Below are positions 1 through 4,967 of a DNA stretch of 4,967 nucleotides, piece after piece (positions within the stretch are counted from its first letter, which is position 1; each line of letters begins with the position of its first letter). Source of the stretch: a virus (lineage: Duplodnaviria; Heunggongvirae; Uroviricota; Caudoviricetes); the IMG/VR virus record IMGVR_UViG_2657244940_000010, one strand, 5' to 3'. The translations under genes were made by a program, and so were the position numbers. The notes below the pieces were generated by a model, which was not told the origin of the DNA, did no database searches, and saw nothing but the letters and a program-made list of their open reading frames with translations.

Positions 1-1
1 G

Positions 2-3001
2 GAAGTTCGCCTGCTGGTTCAGATACAGCGTAACGGTGGCTGGGTGACGGAAAAAGACATCACCATTAAGGGCAAAACCACCTCGCAGTATCTGGCCTCG
101 GTGGTGGTGGATAACCTGCCTCCGCGCCCGTTCAATATCCGGATGCGCAGGATGACACCGGACAGCACCACAGACCAGCTGCAGAACAAAACGCTCTGGT
201 CGTCATACACCGAAATCATCGATATGAAACAGTGCTACCCGAACACGGCACTGGTCGGTGTGCAGGAGGACTCGGAGCAGTTCGGCAGTCAGCAGGTGAG
301 TCGTAATTATCATCTGCGCGGGCGCATTCTGCAGGTGCCGTCGAACTATAACCCGCAGACGCGACAATACAGCGGTATCTGGGACGGAACGTTAAAACCG
401 GCATACAGCAACAACATGGCCTGGTGTCTGTGGGATATGCTGACCCATCCGCGCTACGGCATGGGGAAACGTCTTGGTGCGGCGGATGTGGACAAATGGG
501 CGCTGTATGTCATCGGCCAGAATTGCGACCAGTCGGTGCCGGATGGTTTTGGTGGCACGGAGCCGCGCATCACCTGTAATGCCTGGCTGACCACACAGCG
601 TAAGGCGTGGGATGTTCTCAGTGATTTCTGCTCGGCGATGCGCTGTATGCCGGTATGGAACGGGCAGACGCTGACGTTCGTGCAGGACCGGCCGTCGGAT
701 AAGGTGTGGACCTATAACCGCAGTAATGTGGTGATGCCGGATGATGGCGCGCCGTTCCGCTACAGTTTCAGCGCCCTGAAGGACCGCCATAATGCCGTTG
801 AGGTGAACTGGATTGACCCGGATAACGGCTGGGAGACGGCGACAGAGCTTGTGGAGGACACGCAGGCCATTGCCCGTTACGGTCGTAACGTCACGAAGAT
901 GGATGCCTTTGGCTGTACCAGTCGGGGGCAGGCACACCGAGCCGGGCTGTGGCTGATTAAAACGGAACTGCTGGAAACGCAGACCGTGGATTTCAGCGTG
1001 GGCGCAGAAGGGCTTCGCCATGTGCCGGGCGATGTTATTGAAATCTGCGATGATGACTATGCGGGTATCAGCATCGGCGGGCGCGTGCTGGCGGTGAACA
1101 GCCAGACCCGGACGCTGACGCTCGACCGTGAAATCACTCTGCCATCCTCCGGTACCACGCTGATAAGCCTGGTTGACGGAAGCGGCAATCCGGTCAGCGT
1201 GGAGGTCCAGTCCGTCACCGACGGCGTGAAGGTAAAAGTGAGCCGGGTTCCTGACGGCGTTGCCGGATACAGCGTGTGGGGGCTGAAGTTGCCGACGTTG
1301 CGCCAGCGCCTGTTCCGCTGCGTGAGTATCCGTGAGAACGATGACGGCACGTATGCCATCACTGCCGTGCAGCATGTACCGGAAAAAGAGGCCATCGTGG
1401 ATAACGGGGCGCACTTTGACGGCGACCAGAGCGGCACGGTGAATGGTGTCACGCCGCCAGCGGTGCAGCACCTGACTGCCGAAGTCACCGCAGACAGCGG
1501 GGAATATCAGGTGCTGGCGCGCTGGGACACGCCGAAGGTGGTGAAGGGGGTGAGCTTTATGCTTCGCCTGACCGTGGCAGCGGATGACGGCAGTGAGCGG
1601 CTGGTCAGCACGGCCCGGACGACGGAAACCACATACCGCTTCACGCAACTGGCGCTGGGGCGGTACACGCTGACAGTCCGGGCGGTAAATGCGTGGGGGC
1701 AGCAGGGCGATCCGGCGTCGGTATCGTTCCGGATTGCCGCACCGGCAGCACCGTCGAGGATTGATCTGACGCCGGGCTATTTTCAGATAACCGCCACGCC
1801 GCATCTTGCCGTTTATGACCCGACGGTACAGTTTGAATTCTGGTTCTCGGAAAAGCGGATTACCGATATCAGGCAGGTTGAAACCACAGCCCGCTATCTT
1901 GGCACGGCGCTGTACTGGATAGCTGCCAGTATCAATATTAAGCCGGGCCATGATTATTATTTTTATATCCGCAGTGTGAATACTGTTGGCAAATCGGCAT
2001 TCGTGGAGGCTGTCGGTCAGGCGAGCGATGATGCTTCCGGCTATCTGGATTTTTTCAAAGGCCAGATAACTGAATCCCATCTCGGCAAGGAGCTGCTGGA
2101 AAAAGTCGAGCTGACGGAGGATAACGCCAGCAAACTGGAGGAGTTTTCGAAAGAGTGGAAAGACGCCAACGATAAATGGAATGCCATGTGGGGCGTCAAA
2201 ATTGAGCAGACCGAAGACGGCAGGCATTATGTCGCGGGTATTGGCCTCAGCATGGAGGATACGGAGGAAGGCAAACTGAGCCAGTTCCTGGTTGCCGCTA
2301 ACCGTATCGCGTTTATTGACCCGGCAAACGGGAATGAAACGCCGATGTTTGTGGCGCAGGGCAACCAGATATTCATGAACGAAGTGTTCCTGAAGTATCT
2401 GACGGCTCCCACCATTACCAGCGGCGGCAATCCGCCGGTATTTTCCCTGACACCGGACGGGCGGTTGACGGCGAAAAATGCCGATATCAGCGGTAACGTG
2501 AATGCGAACTCAGGGACGCTCAATAATGTCACGATTAACCAGAACTGTCGGATTCTGGGAAAACTGTCTGCCAACCAGATTGAAGGTGATATTGTCAAAA
2601 CGGTGGGAAAAGCCTTTCCGAGAAATGGCAGTTATGCCAGCGGTACAATAACGGTCACTGTGTACGATGACCAGGCTTTTGACCGTCAGATAGTAATCCC
2701 ACCCGTTCTGTTTCGCGGTGGTAAGCATGAAAACTTCAACAGCAACAACCAACAGTCATACTGGTATTCAACCTGTAAGCTGCAGGTACTGAAGAACGGA
2801 CAGGAAATCTTTCAGCAACCCGCGACGGATGTCAGCAGGGTATTTTCATCCGTCATTGATATGCCAGCGGGACACGGCCATGTCACCCTGACTTTCAATG
2901 TTTCTTCATATGGTGCAAATAACTGGACGCCAACGACCAGTATCAGCGACCTTCTTGTTGTCGTGATGAAGAAATCAACAGCCGGTATCAGTATCAGTTG
3001 A
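2..3001 (+). CDS. J: Tail tip / host specificity protein J (central tail fiber), lambda-like; 5'-partial, the N-terminal part lies upstream of the window
   Basis: The frame opens at position 2 with no stop ([25 protein letters not shown]...) and runs to TGA at 2999..3001. The translation matches lambda gpJ as I recall it over most of its length, including the FN3-like central region and the conserved [16 protein letters not shown] motif. The GTG at 44 used by the ORF track is an internal codon, not the real start. The last ~150 aa differ from lambda J. Confidence 0.95.
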   Translation, partial: EVRLLVQIQRNGGWVTEKDITIKGKTTSQYLASVVVDNLPPRPFNIRMRRMTPDSTTDQLQNKTLWSSYTEIIDMKQCYPNTALVGVQEDSEQFGSQQVSRNYHLRGRILQVPSNYNPQTRQYSGIWDGTLKPAYSNNMAWCLWDMLTHPRYGMGKRLGAADVDKWALYVIGQNCDQSVPDGFGGTEPRITCNAWLTTQRKAWDVLSDFCSAMRCMPVWNGQTLTFVQDRPSDKVWTYNRSNVVMPDDGAPFRYSFSALKDRHNAVEVNWIDPDNGWETATELVEDTQAIARYGRNVTKMDAFGCTSRGQAHRAGLWLIKTELLETQTVDFSVGAEGLRHVPGDVIEICDDDYAGISIGGRVLAVNSQTRTLTLDREITLPSSGTTLISLVDGSGNPVSVEVQSVTDGVKVKVSRVPDGVAGYSVWGLKLPTLRQRLFRCVSIRENDDGTYAITAVQHVPEKEAIVDNGAHFDGDQSGTVNGVTPPAVQHLTAEVTADSGEYQVLARWDTPKVVKGVSFMLRLTVAADDGSERLVSTARTTETTYRFTQLALGRYTLTVRAVNAWGQQGDPASVSFRIAAPAAPSRIDLTPGYFQITATPHLAVYDPTVQFEFWFSEKRITDIRQVETTARYLGTALYWIAASINIKPGHDYYFYIRSVNTVGKSAFVEAVGQASDDASGYLDFFKGQITESHLGKELLEKVELTEDNASKLEEFSKEWKDANDKWNAMWGVKIEQTEDGRHYVAGIGLSMEDTEEGKLSQFLVAANRIAFIDPANGNETPMFVAQGNQIFMNEVFLKYLTAPTITSGGNPPVFSLTPDGRLTAKNADISGNVNANSGTLNNVTINQNCRILGKLSANQIEGDIVKTVGKAFPRNGSYASGTITVTVYDDQAFDRQIVIPPVLFRGGKHENFNSNNQQSYWYSTCKLQVLKNGQEIFQQPATDVSRVFSSVIDMPAGHGHVTLTFNVSSYGANNWTPTTSISDLLVVVMKKSTAGISIS

Positions 3002-3019
3002 ATTTTATAACCCAAATAC

Positions 3020-3048
3020 GGGCGCCAGAAATGGCGCCTTTTTTATTT
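3020..3048 (+). terminator. Rho-independent terminator downstream of J
   Basis: Read directly: stem GGGCGCCA (3020..3027) pairs with TGGCGCCT (3032..3039), with one G-T wobble at the base, around a GAAA tetraloop (3028..3031), followed by TTTTTTATTT. It begins 19 nt after the J stop codon. Confidence 0.65.
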
Positions 3049-3050
3049 GT

Positions 3051-3054
3051 GGAG
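3051..3054 (+). promoter_or_regulatory. Shine-Dalgarno sequence (GGAG) for the stf-like gene
   Basis: GGAG lies 5 nt upstream of the ATG at 3060. Confidence 0.6.
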
Positions 3055-3059
3055 TGAAT

Positions 3060-4712
3060 ATGGCAGTACAGATTTCAGGCGTGCTGAAAGACGGTGCAGG
3101 AAAACCAATACAGAACTGTACTATTCAGCTCAAAGCAAAGCGTAACAGCACCACGGTACTGGTGAACACGGTGGCCTCTGAAAATCCGGATGAAGCCGGG
3201 CGTTACAGCATGGATGTTGAGTATGGCCAGTACAGCGTCACCCTGCTGGTTGAAGGTTTTCCGCCTTCACATGCCGGGACCATTACCGTCTATGAAGGTT
3301 CCAGACCAGGTACGCTGAATGATTTTCTCGGTGCCATGACGGAAGATGATGTCATGCCGGAGGCATTGCGTCGTTTTGAGGTAATGGTGGAGGATGTGGC
3401 ACGCAACGCTGAAGCCGCCTCTCAGAGCGCAGCGGCAGCAAAGAAATCAGAAACAGCAGCGGCATCGTCCAGGAACGCGGCGAAAACATCAGAGACGAAT
3501 GCAGGTAACAGCGCGAAAGCGGCAGCTTCTTCAAAAACAGCCGCACAAAACGCAGCAACAGCGGCAGAACGTTCAGAGACAAATGCCCGTGCGTCAGAAG
3601 AAGCCTCCGCAGACAGTGAAGAGGCTTCCCGCCGTAATGCAGAGTCAGCCGCTGAAAATGCCGGAGTCGCCACCACAAAAGCGCGGGAGGCTGCAGCAGA
3701 CGCAACAAAGGCCGGGCAGAAAAAGGATGAGGCTCTGTCGGCAGCGACACGAGCTGAAAAGGCGGCAGACCGCGCAGAAGCCGCAGCGGAAGTGACTGCA
3801 GAGCCCTATGCGAATATAGTGCCGCCGCTGCCTGATGTGTGGATACCGTTTAACGATTCACTGGATATGATTGCGGGTTTTTCTCCGGGCTATAAAAAAA
3901 TAGCTATTGGTGACGATGTGGTTCAGGTCGCCAGTGATAAACAGGTTAATTTCAGTCGCGCATCAACGGCAACATATATCAACAAATCTGGCGAACTGAA
4001 AACGGCGGAAATTAATGAGCCGCGATTTGAGTGTGATGGCCTGCTTATTGAGGGACAAAGAACGAACTACATGCTCAATTCGGAAAGTCCAGCCAGCTGG
4101 GGGAAGTCATCAAACATGGATGTGCCCGAAACCGGGACGGATAGTTTTGGTTTTACTTATGGAAAGTTTGTCTGCAACGATTCTCTGGTTGGGCAAACTT
4201 CGGCTATTAATATGGCATCAATTGCTGCAACAAAGTCAGTTGATGTCTCAGGCGATAACAAGTACGTGACAACCTCATGCCGTTTTAAAACAGAACGACA
4301 GGTAAGGTTACGTATACGGTTTGATAAGTATGATGGTAGTGCAACAACTTTTCTTGGCGATGCGTACATTGATACGCAAACGCTTGAAATTAATATGACA
4401 GGTGGTGCTGCCGGCAGAATTACGGCACGAGTCAGGAAGGATAAGACCACGGGCTGGATTTTTGCAGAGGCAACGATTCAGGCAATTGATGGAGAGTTAA
4501 AAATAGGCTCTCAGATACAGTATTCTCCTGAGCAGGGTGGGGCAATCAACGGTACGCACCGGCTCCGGTTGTCCTGGTGCCTCTTTTTGATGGAGCTGCA
4601 CTTCGTCGGCCTGCAGACGGCTGTTACCCTGCATGATATCCACGCTGCCAGTAAACACGGCGTCATCCGGGTAGTCCCCTTTCGCGTGGTCAGCATTGAT
4701 AGTCACGGGTAA
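3060..4712 (+). CDS. stf: Side tail fiber protein Stf homolog, 3'-truncated and chimeric: phage-derived codons 1 to ~495 (3060..~4544) followed by ~56 codons read through antisense lptD
   Basis: ATG at 3060 with a GGAG site upstream; the GTG at 3054 in the ORF track is probably not the start. The N-terminus [33 protein letters not shown]...[14 protein letters not shown]...[13 protein letters not shown] matches the conserved N-terminal domain of lambda Stf and StfR-type fibers. An Ala/Ser/Glu-rich shaft with KTSETNA-type repeats follows, then a distinct distal module ([26 protein letters not shown]...). After ...[10 protein letters not shown] the reading frame is antisense to lptD, and the stop at 4710..4712 lies in host-derived sequence. 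Confidence 0.85.
   Translation: MAVQISGVLKDGAGKPIQNCTIQLKAKRNSTTVLVNTVASENPDEAGRYSMDVEYGQYSVTLLVEGFPPSHAGTITVYEGSRPGTLNDFLGAMTEDDVMPEALRRFEVMVEDVARNAEAASQSAAAAKKSETAAASSRNAAKTSETNAGNSAKAAASSKTAAQNAATAAERSETNARASEEASADSEEASRRNAESAAENAGVATTKAREAAADATKAGQKKDEALSAATRAEKAADRAEAAAEVTAEPYANIVPPLPDVWIPFNDSLDMIAGFSPGYKKIAIGDDVVQVASDKQVNFSRASTATYINKSGELKTAEINEPRFECDGLLIEGQRTNYMLNSESPASWGKSSNMDVPETGTDSFGFTYGKFVCNDSLVGQTSAINMASIAATKSVDVSGDNKYVTTSCRFKTERQVRLRIRFDKYDGSATTFLGDAYIDTQTLEINMTGGAAGRITARVRKDKTTGWIFAEATIQAIDGELKIGSQIQYSPEQGGAINGTHRLRLSWCLFLMELHFVGLQTAVTLHDIHAASKHGVIRVVPFRVVSIDSHG
3400..3800 (+). repeat. Low-complexity Ala-rich coding repeats in the tail fiber shaft (imperfect repeats of GCAGCGGCAGC and TCAGAGAC[G/A]AATGC)
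   Basis: Read directly: reiterated GCn codons and SETNA-like peptide repeats. This region generates the spurious overlapping ORFs at 3394..3795 (+), 3352..3750 (-) and 3422..3676 (-). Confidence 0.6.
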
Positions 4713-4859
4713 GTCATTGGTATCGCCCTGTACCAGAGGACGGTCATAGCTTGGCACGCCCAACATGCACTGTGAGGCGAGGTCGGCTGCCAGTCCCTGT
4801 TGACTATAAAGGGCGGTGGCAATCATGGTGGCCAGGAGAGTGGGGATACGTTTTTTCAT
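4497..4859 (-). CDS. lptD: LPS-assembly protein LptD (Imp/OstA), N-terminal fragment: native first 105 codons including the signal peptide, then 15 non-native codons and a stop; probably a gene remnant
   Basis: The - strand ATG at 4859 gives [105 protein letters not shown], which matches the E. coli LptD N-terminus as I recall it. Homology ends at about 4545; the frame then runs through phage-derived sequence to TAA at 4497..4499. Confidence 0.85.
   Translation of the reverse strand: MKKRIPTLLATMIATALYSQQGLAADLASQCMLGVPSYDRPLVQGDTNDLPVTINADHAKGDYPDDAVFTGSVDIMQGNSRLQADEVQLHQKEAPGQPEPVRTVDCPTLLRRILYLRAYF
4540..4550. other. Novel joint between phage tail fiber DNA and inverted host lptD 5' region (breakpoint approx 4544/4545, uncertain by about 10 bp)
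   Basis: On the - strand, codons for ...EPVRTVD (ending at 4545) match native LptD, which I recall continuing ALGNVHYDD. Here the next codons are CPTLLRR..., and on the + strand the sequence left of ~4544 is in frame with the stf-like gene. Confidence 0.7.
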
Positions 4860-4967
4860 ACGTTGATTTTATTGTTCCATCATCGGTAACGTTGCGCGTG
4901 ACAAACGGTCAGAGACTAACGTACTCGTCATCTCTACGCTAGTGTTAATCCTGTCCGAATAGCGTCT
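4860..4967 (-). promoter_or_regulatory. lptD 5' untranslated / upstream region (promoter not precisely located)
   Basis: The 108 bp upstream of the lptD start codon are non-coding on both strands apart from a spurious antisense ORF. Native lptD is known to have sigma-E-dependent transcription, but I could not place a convincing -35/-10 pair by eye. Confidence 0.4.

Noticed and set aside
392-2227. 611-aa ORF on the - strand overlapping J
   Set aside because: It lies entirely antisense to a well-supported conserved gene and is Arg/Pro-rich with no recognisable domain, as expected for an open antisense frame in GC-rich coding DNA.
1057-2598. Smaller - strand ORFs inside J (1057..1488 and 2227..2598); also 19..219, 216..404, 2510..2752 and 2812..3015
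   Set aside because: All are embedded antisense or out of frame within J, with no ribosome-binding site context and no recognisable protein features.
44-3059. GTG start codons proposed by the ORF track at 44 (J) and 3054 (stf)
   Set aside because: Position 44 is an internal Val codon of J, whose frame is open from the window edge. For stf, the ATG at 3060 with GGAG 5 nt upstream is the better start.
3352-3795. Overlapping ORFs in the Ala-rich region (3394..3795 +, 3352..3750 -, 3422..3676 -)
   Set aside because: These are artefacts of the low-complexity GCN-rich repeat, which is open in several frames; the translations are poly-Q/R or poly-A nonsense.
4015-4450. ORFs 4015..4269 (+) and 4157..4450 (-) inside the stf distal region
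   Set aside because: Out-of-frame or antisense to the tail fiber coding frame, with no start context.
4520-4570. Possible DNA-invertase crossover site (gix/hix/pix type) at the fiber breakpoint, as in Mu, P1 or e14 tail fiber switching
   Set aside because: No sequence resembling the ~26-bp imperfectly palindromic crossover site was seen around the joint, and the sequence beyond the joint is a host housekeeping gene, not an alternative fiber C-terminus.
4751-4942. 63-aa + strand ORF across the lptD start region
   Set aside because: It is antisense to the lptD signal-peptide codons and upstream region; no support.
4860-4967. Sigma-E promoter for lptD
   Set aside because: A GGAAC motif lies too close to the start codon and to the candidate -10 to be a functional -35 element; no convincing promoter could be placed by eye, so none is annotated specifically.
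1-4967. CRISPR arrays, tRNA or rRNA genes, IS elements or transposases, att-site repeats
   Set aside because: No regularly spaced direct repeats, no tRNA-like structures, no transposase-like ORFs or terminal inverted repeats were seen. Flanking direct repeats cannot be assessed within one window.

Overview
This window is the distal tail region of a lambda-like (lambdoid) phage or prophage, joined abruptly to an Escherichia-type host locus. Positions 2..3001 (+) are the 3' majority of gene J (tail tip / host specificity protein), in frame from the window edge. An intrinsic terminator (3020..3048) and a GGAG ribosome-binding site follow. A stf-like side tail fiber gene starts at 3060; it has the conserved lambda-Stf N-terminal domain, an Ala-rich repetitive shaft, and a more AT-rich non-lambda distal module. 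Its phage-derived sequence stops near 4544/4545. From there the + strand is the antisense of the first 105 codons of lptD (- strand, 4545..4859), followed by 108 bp of lptD upstream sequence (4860..4967). The annotated stf ORF therefore reads through about 56 antisense lptD codons to a stop at 4712, and the lptD remnant is a 120-codon ORF with 15 non-native C-terminal codons. There is no lom gene between J and stf and no tfa chaperone gene after stf. The convergent joint between a truncated tail fiber gene and a truncated essential outer-membrane gene is the main item of interest. No rRNA, tRNA, CRISPR array or transposase was seen. All homology statements rest on my recollection of lambda J, lambda Stf and E. 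coli LptD sequences; no database search was run.
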